Assembly: GCA_031370645.1 (NCBI GenBank)
Contig: JANMQV010000148.1
Coordinates: forward strand, 1 to 61,942
Length of the DNA stretch: 61,942 nucleotides
Direction: 5' to 3'
DNA from: Candidatus Eiseniibacteriota bacterium
GTDB lineage: Bacteria > Eisenbacteria > RBG-16-71-46 > SZUA-252
This document shows positions 21,420 to 33,731 of the stretch, piece after piece. The position numbers and the translations under genes are program-made. Positions within the stretch are counted from its first letter, which is position 1. Each line of letters begins with the position of its first letter. The notes below the pieces were generated by a model. That model was given only the letters and a program-made list of their open reading frames with translations. It had not been told where the DNA came from and did not search any database.

Positions 21420-23420
<2,001 letters not shown>

Positions 23421-23438
23421 CGTTCGCTCCGAAGGCGC

Positions 23439-24455
23439 CTAGCGACGCCGCGTGGTCGGTCCCGGCGAGGGGAGCGGCTCGAGACCCAGCGATTTCAGGT
23501 ACGTCTCCTGCCCGTTCGCGTGCAACTGCCAGTAGGGGAGCCGCGCGCTTCCCGCCAGCTCCGCCGACTCCGTCGCCTCGCTCGCACGGCGGTCTCCCGC
23601 TGCCGTCGAGGTCCACGCCCAGCGAAGGATGCGGTGCGGCGCCGCCCGCTCGACCCAGGTGGTGCCCTTCCTCGCATCGCTTGTCGTCACGTCGTAGCGA
23701 TCCGCTTGAAACACGCCGGCGGGAACCGTCACCCGCTCCGGCTTCGCCGCACGCTCGACCGTGGCGCTTACCCAAGCGAGCGGACGATGCGCCAGGCGGC
23801 GCGCGATCGAGCTGGGAAGAAGCGGCAGCGTTCGCTTCTCCCCCGGGCGGAGATACGCGCCGCGAAGTCCCCGCACCAGGATCATAAGCTGATCTTCCGC
23901 AATGCCATCCCGGCGCCAGGGGAGCGTGCGCTCACCCGTCTCGTCCTCGAAATAGGATCGAAGCAATTGACCCACCGCGGCGCGATCGAAGCGGAGTTCC
24001 TCGTAGACGTGCCCGCACCACTCCGCGCTCGAGAACGAAATCTTCACCGGACTGAAATCGCGCGATCGGACGAAGACGGACGTCATCGTGTTGTAGTCGT
24101 AAATGCCGGTCTGAAAATCGCGAACGAGATTCATCTTCAACGCTTCGAACGTATCGGCTGGATCCTTCGAGGGGTCGTCCGACTTCACGCGCTTCGACTC
24201 GCTGAAGGGCTCGGTCACGGTGATCATGACCGCCTGTCCCGTCCGCGCCTCGCCATAGCGGATGACGCGGTAGTGGTAGCCGGCCAATTCGGCGCGACCG
24301 TCCTGCCACGTAGAGGCGAACGTCGGCTCGGGAGCGCTCGATCGCGCGGCCGGGGCGGCGGCGGCGGACCGGGTGGCCCTCGGTGCATCCGCCGGAAAGA
24401 GCAGCGCGGGAATGAGTACCGCCAGGGTGATGCTGGATCGTCCGGGGCGATGCAT
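23439..24455 (-). CDS. Secreted hypothetical protein
   Basis: Signal peptide after ATG 24455; W..GRAEL..Y...RYGE, FQTGIYDY, SSAEWCGH, RLPYW conserved-looking motifs. The upstream part of the long ORF is shadow of the opposite-strand gene. Confidence 0.75.
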   Translation of the reverse strand: MHRPGRSSITLAVLIPALLFPADAPRATRSAAAAPAARSSAPEPTFASTWQDGRAELAGYHYRVIRYGEARTGQAVMITVTEPFSESKRVKSDDPSKDPADTFEALKMNLVRDFQTGIYDYNTMTSVFVRSRDFSPVKISFSSAEWCGHVYEELRFDRAAVGQLLRSYFEDETGERTLPWRRDGIAEDQLMILVRGLRGAYLRPGEKRTLPLLPSSIARRLAHRPLAWVSATVERAAKPERVTVPAGVFQADRYDVTTSDARKGTTWVERAAPHRILRWAWTSTAAGDRRASEATESAELAGSARLPYWQLHANGQETYLKSLGLEPLPSPGPTTRRR

Positions 24456-24623
24456 GGGCCGAGTATAGCCCTGCGAAGGAGCGCCGAGTTGCCCGTTGCC
24501 TCCGCTCGGTGGATGGGTAGACTTCCGAATGCCGGTCTCGCTTGCGGCGAAAGGGCATGTTTGGAGGCGGAGTCGATGCCGCGCCCCCGCCGGGAGGGCG
24601 CGATCACGAAAGGAAGCGATGCC

Positions 24624-25199
24624 ATGAATTCCACGTCGCCGAACACACTGCAGGAAATTCAGGCGCTCGAATTGGAACTCTCGGAGAAATCGCAGCGCCT
24701 CGCCGAGCTGAAACGCGCGATGCCCCGCGAGCGCGTTCAAGACTACGTGCTCTCCGGCTGGGAGGGACCGGTCACGCTCTCCTCCCTCTTCAACGGGAAG
24801 AAGGATCTGATCGTCGTCCACAACATGGGTAAGGGTTGCCGCTATTGCACGCTCTGGGCCGACGGATTCAACGGCGTCTGGCGCCACCTCTCGGATCGCG
24901 CCGGCTTCGTCGTCTGCTCTCCCGACACGGCCGAGACGCAAAAGGTCTTCGCCGGCAGCCGGCAGTGGGGATTCCCCCTGGTCTCGGGACACGGCTCGAC
25001 ATTCATTCAGGACATGGGATTTCGTGGGGAGAAGTCGTGGATGCCCGGCGTGTCGACCTTTCATCTCACGGCCGACGGAGTCATCGAACGCGTCGCTCGC
25101 GCCGAGTTCGGTCCGTACGATCTCTTCTGTGGCGTCTGGCATCTCATCGCGCTGCTCGCGGACGGCGAGAATGGCTGGGAGCCGAAGTACACCTATTGA
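24624..25199 (+). CDS. DUF899 family thioredoxin-like protein
   Basis: LSSLF.GK.DLIVVHNM, CRYCTLWAD (CxxC), PGVSTF; SD AAGGAAG. Confidence 0.85.
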   Translation: MNSTSPNTLQEIQALELELSEKSQRLAELKRAMPRERVQDYVLSGWEGPVTLSSLFNGKKDLIVVHNMGKGCRYCTLWADGFNGVWRHLSDRAGFVVCSPDTAETQKVFAGSRQWGFPLVSGHGSTFIQDMGFRGEKSWMPGVSTFHLTADGVIERVARAEFGPYDLFCGVWHLIALLADGENGWEPKYTY

Positions 25200-25237
25200 G
25201 CGATTCGAAATCGAGTTTCCGCCGCTCCGCGAAAATT

Positions 25238-25255
25238 CGCATAACTGTTTATGCG
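25238..25255. promoter_or_regulatory. Palindromic operator upstream of aceB-aceA
   Basis: CGCATAA-CTGT-TTATGCG perfect inverted repeat ending 11 nt upstream of the -35. Confidence 0.55.
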
Positions 25256-25266
25256 GCAATAGTTTA

Positions 25267-25296
25267 TTGACAGGAAATGTCGCGGACGCCTAGAAT
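25267..25296 (+). promoter_or_regulatory. sigma70 promoter of aceB-aceA
   Basis: TTGACA (25267-25272), 18-nt spacer, TAGAAT (25291-25296); ATG 25304 follows 7 nt later. Confidence 0.75.
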
Positions 25297-25303
25297 GGAA
25301 ACG

Positions 25304-26932
25304 ATGCTGAAGCCCACCACTCCATTGCCGGGAGTCGAGATCCGCGCCCCCCATGTGGAGGGAGCGGAGGAACTTCTCCCTATCGCCGCGATCGGCTTCC
25401 TCGCCGAACTCGCGCGGCGCTTCGGCCCGCGCGTGGAGGAGGCGCTTGCGCGTCGCGCCGCCCGGCGCGAGCGACTCGCCGCGGGCGAGCGGCTCGACTT
25501 TCTTCCCGAGACCCGCGCGATCCGCGAAGGCACGTGGCGTTTGGCGCCGACACCGCCCGATCTGCAGAAGCGAATCGTCGAGATCACCGGACCTGTCGAT
25601 CCCAAGATGGTCATCAACGCGCTCAATTCCGGCGCCGATTGCTACATGGCCGACTTCGAGGACTCGACGACCCCGACCTGGGCGAGCCTCGTCGAGGGAC
25701 AGCGCGCCCTTCACGCCGCGGTCCGCCGAACGCTCACGCACGTCGATCCCGCGTCGGGGAAGTCGTATCGGCTAAGCGATGCGCCGGCCGTGCTCCTCGT
25801 TCGCCCTCGCGGGCTTCACCTTCCGGAGAACCATCTCCTCGTGGATGGGCGCCCGATCCCCGGCCCGCTCTTCGATTTCGGGCTCTATTTCTTCCACAAC
25901 GCGCGGGAACTCCTGGCGCGCGGAACCGGCCCCTACTTCTACCTCCCGAAACTCGAATCGCATCTCGAGGCGCGGCTCTGGAACGACGTCTTCGTCGCGG
26001 CGCAGGAATCGCTCGGCATTCCTCGGGGATCGATCAAGGCGACGGTCCTGATCGAGACGCTCTTCGCCGCGTTCGAAATGGACGAGATCCTGCACGAATT
26101 GCGGGAGCACGCGGCGGGACTCAACTGCGGACGGTGGGATTACATCTTCTCGTTCATCAAGGCACGCCGCCACGACGCCTCCGCCGTGCTCCCCGACCGC
26201 GGGCAAGTGACGATGGAGCAGCCCTGCATGCGCGCCTACGCGCTTCTTTCGATCCGGACCTGCCACCGCCGCGGCGCCCACGCCATGGGAGGCATGGCGG
26301 CGCAGATCCCGATTCGAAACGACCCGGCCGCGAGCGAGGGCGCTCTCGAGAAGGTGCGTGCCGACAAGCGGCGCGAGGCGGGGGACGGTCACGACGGTAC
26401 CTGGGTCGCGCACCCGGGACTCGTTTCCGTGGCGCGCGAGGTCTTCGAGGCGACGCTCGGCAGCCGTCCCAATCAGTTGGACCGGCTCCGAGAGGATGTC
26501 TCCGTGACCGCGGCGCAACTTCTGGAGGTCCCGAAGGGGACCCGGACCGAAGAGGGGCTCCGCCACGACACCCGCGTGGGGATTCAGTACCTGGAAGCCT
26601 GGTTTCGGGGGATCGGATGCGTCCCGCTCTATCACCTCATGGAAGATGCCGCGACTGCCGAAATTTCACGGGCACAGGTGTGGCATTGGATTCGTCATGG
26701 CTCAGCACTCGACGACGGCCGCCGCGTCACCGTCGACCTCTTCCGCGCGATCGTGGAAGAAGAGATGCGGACCATCGCCAAGGAAGTTGGCGCAACTCGT
26801 TATGAACAAGGGCGTTATCAGCAGGCGCGGGACCTCTTCGTCCGGCTCTCGACATCGGAGACCTTGGAGGAGTTTCTGACGCTTCCCGCCTACCGGATCA
26901 TCACGACCGAATCGAAAGAGGAGCAGTCATGA
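25304..26932 (+). CDS. aceB: Malate synthase A
   Basis: [56 protein letters not shown]. Confidence 0.97.
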   Translation: MLKPTTPLPGVEIRAPHVEGAEELLPIAAIGFLAELARRFGPRVEEALARRAARRERLAAGERLDFLPETRAIREGTWRLAPTPPDLQKRIVEITGPVDPKMVINALNSGADCYMADFEDSTTPTWASLVEGQRALHAAVRRTLTHVDPASGKSYRLSDAPAVLLVRPRGLHLPENHLLVDGRPIPGPLFDFGLYFFHNARELLARGTGPYFYLPKLESHLEARLWNDVFVAAQESLGIPRGSIKATVLIETLFAAFEMDEILHELREHAAGLNCGRWDYIFSFIKARRHDASAVLPDRGQVTMEQPCMRAYALLSIRTCHRRGAHAMGGMAAQIPIRNDPAASEGALEKVRADKRREAGDGHDGTWVAHPGLVSVAREVFEATLGSRPNQLDRLREDVSVTAAQLLEVPKGTRTEEGLRHDTRVGIQYLEAWFRGIGCVPLYHLMEDAATAEISRAQVWHWIRHGSALDDGRRVTVDLFRAIVEEEMRTIAKEVGATRYEQGRYQQARDLFVRLSTSETLEEFLTLPAYRIITTESKEEQS

Positions 26933-28212
26933 CCCCGTCTCGCCCAACGCCGGCCGCGAACACGACGCCCCCGATTCCCGCCGACCGTTGGAAAGGGATC
27001 ACGCGTCCCTATTCGCCCGAAGACGTGGAGCGGCTCCGCGGCTCCGTCCGAATCGAGTACACGCTGGCCGACCGCGGCGCGCGCCGTCTCTGGCACCTGC
27101 TCCAAACGAACGATTACGTGCATGCGCTCGGCGCGCTCACCGGGAACCAAGCGGTGCAGCAGGTTCGCGCCGGGCTTCAGGCGATCTACCTGAGCGGATG
27201 GCAGGTGGCGGCGGACGCCAACCTGGCGGGGCAGACCTACCCCGACCAGAGCCTCTATCCCGCCAACAGCGTTCCGAGCGTGGTGCGTCGCATCAACCAG
27301 GCGTTTCAGCGCGCCGATCAGGTGGAGCACGCGGAGGGATCGCCCGCGCGAGAGTGGTTCGCGCCGATCCTCGCCGACGCCGAGGCCGGTTTCGGCGGGC
27401 CGCTGAACGCGTTCGAACTGATGAAGTCGATGATCGAGGCGGGGGCGGCCGGCGTTCACTTCGAAGACCAGCTCTCCTCCGAGAAGAAATGCGGGCATCT
27501 CGGCGGCAAGGTTCTCCTACCGACCGGTCAGTTCCTCCGAACGCTCGTGGCGGCGCGGCTTGCGGCCGACGTGCTCGATGTGCCGACCGTCATCCTGGCC
27601 CGGACCGACGCCGACAGCGCCAAATTGATCACGAGCGACGTGGACGACCGCGACAAGCCGTTCCTGACCGGCGAACGAACGACCGAGGGCTTCTTCCGAA
27701 TCACGGGCGGCGTGAAGATGGCGATCGCGCGCGGACTCGCCTACGCGCCGTTTGCCGATCTCCTCTGGTGCGAGACCTCCACGCCCGATCTGGCCGAAGC
27801 GCGCGAGTTCGCCGAAGGGATCCATGCGAAATTCCCCGGGAAGATGCTCGCCTACAACTGCTCGCCCTCGTTCAACTGGAAGGCGAAGCTCGACGACGCG
27901 TCGATCGCCCGCTTCCAGGGCGAGATCGGCGCCATGGGATACAAATTTCAGTTCGTTACGCTCGCCGGGTTCCACGTGCTGAATCACGGCATGTTCGAAC
28001 TGGCCCTCGACTACAAGACGCGCGGCATGGCGGCTTACAGCCGGCTCCAGCAGGCGGAGTTTTCTTCGGAGGCGAACGGATACACCGCCACGCGGCATCA
28101 GCGCGAGGTGGGGACCGGCTACTTCGATCAGGTGATGCAGGTCATTTCGGGTGGGACGGCGTCGACGACGGCGCTCGAGGGCTCGACCGAGAACGCTCAG
28201 TTCAAGAAGTGA
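26929..28212 (+). CDS. aceA: Isocitrate lyase
   Basis: [35 protein letters not shown]. Confidence 0.98.
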   Translation: MTPSRPTPAANTTPPIPADRWKGITRPYSPEDVERLRGSVRIEYTLADRGARRLWHLLQTNDYVHALGALTGNQAVQQVRAGLQAIYLSGWQVAADANLAGQTYPDQSLYPANSVPSVVRRINQAFQRADQVEHAEGSPAREWFAPILADAEAGFGGPLNAFELMKSMIEAGAAGVHFEDQLSSEKKCGHLGGKVLLPTGQFLRTLVAARLAADVLDVPTVILARTDADSAKLITSDVDDRDKPFLTGERTTEGFFRITGGVKMAIARGLAYAPFADLLWCETSTPDLAEAREFAEGIHAKFPGKMLAYNCSPSFNWKAKLDDASIARFQGEIGAMGYKFQFVTLAGFHVLNHGMFELALDYKTRGMAAYSRLQQAEFSSEANGYTATRHQREVGTGYFDQVMQVISGGTASTTALEGSTENAQFKK

Positions 28213-29317
28213 CCGCCACACCGAGCCCGCGCGCGGCGAGCGTGGCGGCCTCGGAGCGAAACGGCTTCAGGTCCTTGTGCCCGTTCGGGTGGACCGAATT
28301 GGTGAGAAGCACGAGATAGCCGTCGCAGGCAGGATCGATCCAGAGGGAGACTCCGGTCCAGCCGCTGTGCCCGAAGGAGTCGCGCGAGAAGAGCCGCCCC
28401 CGCGGAGCCGCGTAGGGGCTCTCAATATCGAATCCGAACCCGCGCCGCGCCCCGACCCCTCCGGCCGCCTGGTTCGTCGTCATGGCGCGCACCGTTGCCT
28501 CCGAGAGAATCCGCCTTCCTCCCGACACCCCTCCCGCGAGAATCATCGAGGCGAAACGCGCTACCTCCTCGCCCGTTCCGAACACCCCCGCATGCCCCGC
28601 GATCCCGCCGAGCGCTTTCGAACGGGTGCGCGGATCGTGCACGCGCCCCTTCAGCCAGACGCCTCGCACGCGCTCCGTCGGCGCGACGCGCGAACGGTCG
28701 CGGGCGCGCGTTCCGAATCGCGTGTCGCGAAACCGGAGGGGCTGAAAGATCCGCTCCTCGGCGAGTCTATCGAGCCGCGCTTCGAAGCGGCGCTCGAGCA
28801 CGACCTGCAAGAGGATGTATCCGACGTCCGAGTAGATGAACTTCGATCCGGGCGGCGCCTCGAGCGGTTCGCGGGCGATCGCGGCGAGGAGTGCGCGCTT
28901 GCTGCCGCGGTAGTCCTCCATCGGATTATCGGGAACGAAGCCGGCGGTGTGCGTGAGGAGGAGATGGAGTGGGAGCGATCCCACTTCGCTCCTTCGCGTT
29001 TCTTCGATCCAGCGTTCGACCGGATCGAGCAGCGAGAGTTCGCCGCGGACCCCCGCCTCGACGACGAGCGGTGCCGTAACGAGCACTTTCGTCAGCGAGG
29101 CGAGGTCGAAAATCGTGGAAAGCGTCATCCTGACACGGCGGGGGAGGAGCGTGCGGGAGCCGGCCGTCACACGGTGGGCGACGCCCCCGGAGCGGCCGGC
29201 GTAGGCCACCGCTCCCGGCACTAGGCCCGATTTCGCGGCGTCGCGAAGGAACGCGTCGAGCTGCTGGAAGGGTTTCGGGGGCCGCCGCAACTTCGCCCCT
29301 CGGTTGAGGTTCGGCAT
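28202..29317 (-). CDS. Serine hydrolase, beta-lactamase class C / AmiE-like
   Basis: FDLASLTK (SxxK), [27 protein letters not shown]. Start at ATG 29317. Confidence 0.9.
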   Translation of the reverse strand: MPNLNRGAKLRRPPKPFQQLDAFLRDAAKSGLVPGAVAYAGRSGGVAHRVTAGSRTLLPRRVRMTLSTIFDLASLTKVLVTAPLVVEAGVRGELSLLDPVERWIEETRRSEVGSLPLHLLLTHTAGFVPDNPMEDYRGSKRALLAAIAREPLEAPPGSKFIYSDVGYILLQVVLERRFEARLDRLAEERIFQPLRFRDTRFGTRARDRSRVAPTERVRGVWLKGRVHDPRTRSKALGGIAGHAGVFGTGEEVARFASMILAGGVSGGRRILSEATVRAMTTNQAAGGVGARRGFGFDIESPYAAPRGRLFSRDSFGHSGWTGVSLWIDPACDGYLVLLTNSVHPNGHKDLKPFRSEAATLAARGLGVAVTS

Positions 29318-29404
29318 GGCGGACACGATAAGCGCCCGGCCCCCCCGAAGCACCCGAAAGATTTCACGAATTTTCCGGGACCAAAATTCGGGGCCGGGGT
29401 ATCT

Positions 29405-29494
29405 CGGAGCGTGACCTCCTACGCGGGTGGCCACAGACCGGAGTCCTAGATGCCGCCCTGACGAGGCCCGTCCCCGTCAGGGCGGCAGCGTTTA
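29405..29494 (+). ncRNA. Candidate small RNA with an anti-SD loop and 3' hairpin
   Basis: GCGT-GACCTCCT-ACGC stem-loop, then a 13-bp perfect hairpin at 29451-29487; GGGACC-N16-GTATCT lies upstream. I cannot assign it to a known family. Confidence 0.3.
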
Positions 29495-29584
29495 CGGCGA
29501 AATCGGGGGCAAACCGAGGGAACGATTCGACGGAACAGAGAATCCGCTCGCGCGCCGCCATGCTCCTTCCTATCCTCTCCTCAC

Positions 29585-30259
29585 GTGATCCCGCTCCGAG
29601 ACGCCAATCCCTCCGGCCGCTTTCCGATCGTTACCGTCGGGCTCATCGCACTCTGCACGCTCGTCTACCTCTACGAGGCGACATTGGGGCGAGCCCTTGG
29701 CACTTTTTTCGCCTCGTTCGCTCTCGTGCCGGGTCAGATTTCGTACGGGCTCCAGAGCGGAGAGATCGGGTGGGCGGGAACCGTTCAGCCCTTCTTCACC
29801 TCCATGTTTCTCCATGGCAGTTGGCTGCACCTGATCGGAAACATGTGGTTCCTCTGGATCTTCGGCGACAACGTCGAGGACACGCTCGGCTCGGTTCGCT
29901 TCCTCACCTTCTACCTCCTCGCGGGGCTTGGAGCGGGGCTGGCGCACTATCTCGTTCAGCCGTCGTCCGCCGCACCGACCGTGGGAGCAAGCGGAGCCAT
30001 CGCGGGAGTGTTGGCCGGCTATCTCGTCCTCTTCCCGCACGCGCGCATCACCACGCTTGTGCCGCTTGGTTTCATTCTCCGCGTCATGGAGCTTCCGGCC
30101 ATGGTTATGATCGGAATCTGGTTCGCGATTCAGATCGGAAGCGGGCTCCTCTCGCTCGGCTGGTCGGGAGGGGGCGTGGCTTGGTGGGCGCACGTCGGAG
30201 GGTTCGTCGTCGGAGCCGTCTTGGTGAAGCTTTTCCAGCCCCGCCGCGTGATGGCCTAG
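29585..30259 (+). CDS. Rhomboid family intramembrane serine protease
   Basis: MFLHGSWLHLIGNM, GASGAIAG (catalytic Ser), AHVGG (catalytic His). Confidence 0.95.
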   Translation: MIPLRDANPSGRFPIVTVGLIALCTLVYLYEATLGRALGTFFASFALVPGQISYGLQSGEIGWAGTVQPFFTSMFLHGSWLHLIGNMWFLWIFGDNVEDTLGSVRFLTFYLLAGLGAGLAHYLVQPSSAAPTVGASGAIAGVLAGYLVLFPHARITTLVPLGFILRVMELPAMVMIGIWFAIQIGSGLLSLGWSGGGVAWWAHVGGFVVGAVLVKLFQPRRVMA

Positions 30260-30403
30260 GTCGAAGTCGTGCCGGTCCTCAGGCGGCACTCCCGCTGGTA
30301 CCGTCGAACCAGGCCTGACAACTTGACTGTCCGCCCCCATCTGCCACAATCAATCACGAAAGGAGAAGGCGCGCTGACGCGCGTCTAACTCAAACCAACT
30401 ACG

Positions 30404-30814
30404 ATGAATACAACCGTGAAGATTGTTCTCGTCTCGCTGGTGGTGCTTGGGTCCGTGGCCTACCTCATCCTCTCCGGGGTGAAGCAGACCGGGATGCAGT
30501 ACATGACGGTCACCGAACTGGCGCAAATGGAGAGGGCTCCGAAGGCGGGCGGCTTCCGCCTCGACGGCATCGTTGCGGCCGGGAGCATCCAGTACGACCA
30601 GAAAGCCCCCCGTCTCCAGTTCCGGATGACCGATGGCAAGGAGTCGGTGAACATCGTCTATGAAGGCCTCATGCCCGACGCCTTCGCCGATGGACGCGAC
30701 GTCGTGGTGGAGGGGATCTTCCGCCACACCGACCACACGCTCCTCGCCTCGAAGCTCGTGACGAAGTGCCCGTCGAAATACGAATCCGAGGGCCTCGGGA
30801 AGGACAAATCGTGA
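30404..30814 (+). CDS. ccmE: Cytochrome c maturation heme chaperone CcmE (CxxxY variant)
   Basis: N-terminal TM, YEGLMPDAF, VVVEG, TKCPSKY. Confidence 0.93.
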   Translation: MNTTVKIVLVSLVVLGSVAYLILSGVKQTGMQYMTVTELAQMERAPKAGGFRLDGIVAAGSIQYDQKAPRLQFRMTDGKESVNIVYEGLMPDAFADGRDVVVEGIFRHTDHTLLASKLVTKCPSKYESEGLGKDKS

Positions 30815-32772
30815 ACGAGATCGGCCGGCTCGCACTTCTTCTCGGCTTTCTCTGCGCCGTGTTCTCGGTCGGCTCGATCGCCTATGGACTACGAACGGGC
30901 CGGGTAGGGCCGCTTCGAAGCGGGCGAAACGCGCTTTGGGCGGTCTGCGCCATGACGCTTTTGGCGGTGATCATTCTCGGCCGGGCGCTCGTGGCGCACG
31001 ATTTCACCTATCGCTACGTCGCCGAGCACACGAGCCTCGATCTCTCGCCGCTCTTCTCCTTCGCCTCCCTCTGGGCCGGCCAGGAGGGGTCGCTTCTTCT
31101 CTGGCTCCTCATCCTATCGTCCTACGGCGCCGCGTTTCTCTGGATCTACCGCAAGCGGCTCGATCCCTTCTACGACGCCGTGGCGATGGTCGTCGCGTCG
31201 GTCGCGATCTTCTTCACCTACCTTCTCTCGTTCGTCTGCTCTCCGTTCCGGATGCTGGCGAACCCCCCGGTCGACGGGCAGGGTCTGAACCCGCTCCTCC
31301 AAGATCCCGGCATGATGATCCACCCGCCCATCCTCTATACGGGCTACGTCGGCTTCATCATCCCGTTCGCGTTCGGGATCGCGGTGCTCCTCATGAACCG
31401 CACCGGCACGCGCTGGATCGAAGAGGTCCGCCGCTGGACGCTCTTCTCCTGGATGTTCCTCGGCTTCGGCGTGCTCCTGGGCGCGCGGTGGGCCTACATC
31501 GAACTCGGCTGGGGCGGCTACTGGGGTTGGGACCCGGTGGAGAACGCTTCGCTGATGCCATGGCTCGTCGGGACGGCCTTCCTCCACTCGGTGATGATCG
31601 AGCAGCGCCGCGGTATGCTGAAGACGTGGAACGTGGCGCTCATCGTGCTGACGTTCGAACTCTCGATCTTCGGAACCTTCCTCACCCGCTCTGGAGTTCT
31701 CACGTCGGTCCACTCCTTCGCGGAGTCGAGCATCGGCCCCTGGTTCCTGGCGTTCATCATCGGATCGAGCACGCTCGCCACGGCGCTTATCCTCTACCGG
31801 AAGTCGCTCCTGGAGAGCGAGAACCGGATGGACGCCATCGTCTCGCGAGAGGGTTCGTTCCTCTTCAATAACGTGCTCTTCGTGGCGCTCACCTTCGCCA
31901 CGTTCCTCGGGACCACCTTCCCGGTGGTGAGCGAGGCGGTGACCGGGTCGAAGATCTCGGTCTCGGCGCCCTTCTTCAATCGTGTGAACGTTCCGATCGC
32001 CTTGGCGCTTTTGCTCCTGACCGGGGCGGGCCCCGTACTTTCCTGGCGGCGCGCCACGGCCTCGGTCCTGCAGCGTAACTTCATCCTCCCGACCGTGGCC
32101 GGACTCCTGGCGACGCTCGCGAGCCTGCCGTTCGGCCTCCACGGCGTCTACCCGATCGTGACGGTCTTCGGCGCCGCCTTCGTTTTGACCACGATCGTGA
32201 TGGAGTTCGCACGCGGCATCCAAGCGAGGAAAGACGTCACCACCTCTCGTGGCGCGATGGCGATCGTCGATCTCATGACCAAGAACAAGCGGCGTTACGG
32301 CGGTTACGTCATTCACCTCGGCGTCGTGATGGTCTTCATCGGCGTCCTCGGTTCCTCCGTCTTCCAGAAGGAAGCCCACCAGCCCCTCCGGAACGGCGAG
32401 TCGATGAAGATCGGCGATTACACGCTGACGCTGAAGGGAACCGATCAGAAGATGGAACCGGGCGCCTCCGTCACGCGCGCGCTGCTCGACGTCTCCCAGA
32501 AGGGCAAATCGTTCGGTGTGTCGCATCCCGCGAAGGCCATGTACTTCAAATCGCAGCAGCCGATGACCGAGGTCGCCCTCCACCAGACGCTCGGTGAAGA
32601 TCTCTACATGATCCTCGGCGGCGTGAACGAGGACGGCACGGTCTCGATCCAAGCCTACATCAATCCATTGGTCAGCCTCATCTGGCTCGGCGGCATCGTG
32701 ATGGTCATCGGCACGATCTTCACGCTGAGCGACCGGATGCGTCTCCGCCGCGAGGAAAAGGAAGCGGTATGA
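30811..32772 (+). CDS. ccmF: Cytochrome c heme lyase CcmF
   Basis: WAGQEGSLLLW, GLNPLLQ, HPP, WGGYWGWDPVENAS, SVHSF. GTG start at 30811. Confidence 0.97.
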   Translation: MNEIGRLALLLGFLCAVFSVGSIAYGLRTGRVGPLRSGRNALWAVCAMTLLAVIILGRALVAHDFTYRYVAEHTSLDLSPLFSFASLWAGQEGSLLLWLLILSSYGAAFLWIYRKRLDPFYDAVAMVVASVAIFFTYLLSFVCSPFRMLANPPVDGQGLNPLLQDPGMMIHPPILYTGYVGFIIPFAFGIAVLLMNRTGTRWIEEVRRWTLFSWMFLGFGVLLGARWAYIELGWGGYWGWDPVENASLMPWLVGTAFLHSVMIEQRRGMLKTWNVALIVLTFELSIFGTFLTRSGVLTSVHSFAESSIGPWFLAFIIGSSTLATALILYRKSLLESENRMDAIVSREGSFLFNNVLFVALTFATFLGTTFPVVSEAVTGSKISVSAPFFNRVNVPIALALLLLTGAGPVLSWRRATASVLQRNFILPTVAGLLATLASLPFGLHGVYPIVTVFGAAFVLTTIVMEFARGIQARKDVTTSRGAMAIVDLMTKNKRRYGGYVIHLGVVMVFIGVLGSSVFQKEAHQPLRNGESMKIGDYTLTLKGTDQKMEPGASVTRALLDVSQKGKSFGVSHPAKAMYFKSQQPMTEVALHQTLGEDLYMILGGVNEDGTVSIQAYINPLVSLIWLGGIVMVIGTIFTLSDRMRLRREEKEAV

Positions 32773-33311
32773 ACTTCGCCCGCTCCCCGGTCCGCGCGCG
32801 GAACGTCGCGGCGTGGGCCTTCGCCCTGATGGCGCTCGCGCTGACGGCATTCGCGCTTCCCGCGCGCGCCAACGAATCGGCGGCGGGGTCCACAGCCGAC
32901 CCGGCCCGGGCCATCACGAGCCAGCTCATCTGCCCCTGCTCCTGCGGCGAGGTCTTGAGTGGCTGCACGTGCGAGACGGGGATCGGCCTGAAGGGCTACG
33001 TCGATAGCGAACTGAAGGCGGGGAAGAACAAAGAGGTGATTGAGGCGGCGCTCATCGCGAAGTACGGCGAGGTCATCCTCGGCGCGCCGAAGGCCAAGGG
33101 ATTCAATCTCGTCGTCTGGGTCGCTCCGTTCGCGGCTACGATCCTCGGATTCGGGATCGCCACCATGATTCTCACGCGATGGGTGCGCCGCAAGCGCGTC
33201 GTCGCCGTCGGCCCCGACGGTGCGGCGAGTTCCGGAACTCCCTCGGCCGATGCCGCCCTCGCCCAGCTTCGGGCGCGCGCGGAAGCCGAACTTCGCGAGA
33301 TGAGGGAGTAA
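32769..33311 (+). CDS. ccmH: CcmH-like protein
   Basis: Signal peptide, LICPCSC....C.C, KYGEVIL.AP, WVAP plus TM. Confidence 0.85.
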   Translation: MNFARSPVRARNVAAWAFALMALALTAFALPARANESAAGSTADPARAITSQLICPCSCGEVLSGCTCETGIGLKGYVDSELKAGKNKEVIEAALIAKYGEVILGAPKAKGFNLVVWVAPFAATILGFGIATMILTRWVRRKRVVAVGPDGAASSGTPSADAALAQLRARAEAELREMRE

Positions 33312-33317
33312 CGGTTC

Positions 33318-33731
33318 ATGATCGTCGCCCTGCAAATACTGCTCCTCCTCCTCGTCAGCGCGTTCGTGCTGGCGCCGCTCGTCCGGTTGCGGGGACAACG
33401 GATCCCGCGCGAGGCGGCGATCGTCAACCGGCGTCGCTCCATCGACGAGCGGAAGACTCGGCTCTACCGGCAACTGGTCGATCTCGATTTCGACCGGGAC
33501 TCGGGAAAGATTTCCCCGGACGATCACACGCGCATGCGCGAGGAGACGATGTCGGACGTGCTTCGCGTCCTTGCGGAAGAGGAGCGGCTCGGGCTTGCGC
33601 CGCCGCCGTCCGAGACGCCGGGCGCCGCCGCTCCGGCGGGCGGTTCGGGGTCCCCGAACGAGCGGGTGGAACGGATGATCGAGGAGATGAAGAAGCGGCG
33701 GATCGCGTCCATGGAGGGCTCCCAGGCATGA
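33318..33731 (+). CDS. CcmI/CycH N-terminal-like protein
   Basis: TM followed by LYRQLVDLDFDRDSGKISPDD; lies inside the ccm operon. Confidence 0.7.
   Translation: MIVALQILLLLLVSAFVLAPLVRLRGQRIPREAAIVNRRRSIDERKTRLYRQLVDLDFDRDSGKISPDDHTRMREETMSDVLRVLAEEERLGLAPPPSETPGAAAPAGGSGSPNERVERMIEEMKKRRIASMEGSQA

Noticed and set aside
24529-24627. 32-codon upstream ORF whose stop overlaps the DUF899 start
   Set aside because: No telling codon pattern, DUF899 has its own SD, and the -10-to-ATG gap is only 5 nt; plausible by chance.
28202-29317. Beta-lactamase as an antibiotic-resistance gene
   Set aside because: It has SxxK/YxD motifs of the broad esterase/AmiE-like family, no signal peptide and no mobile context.
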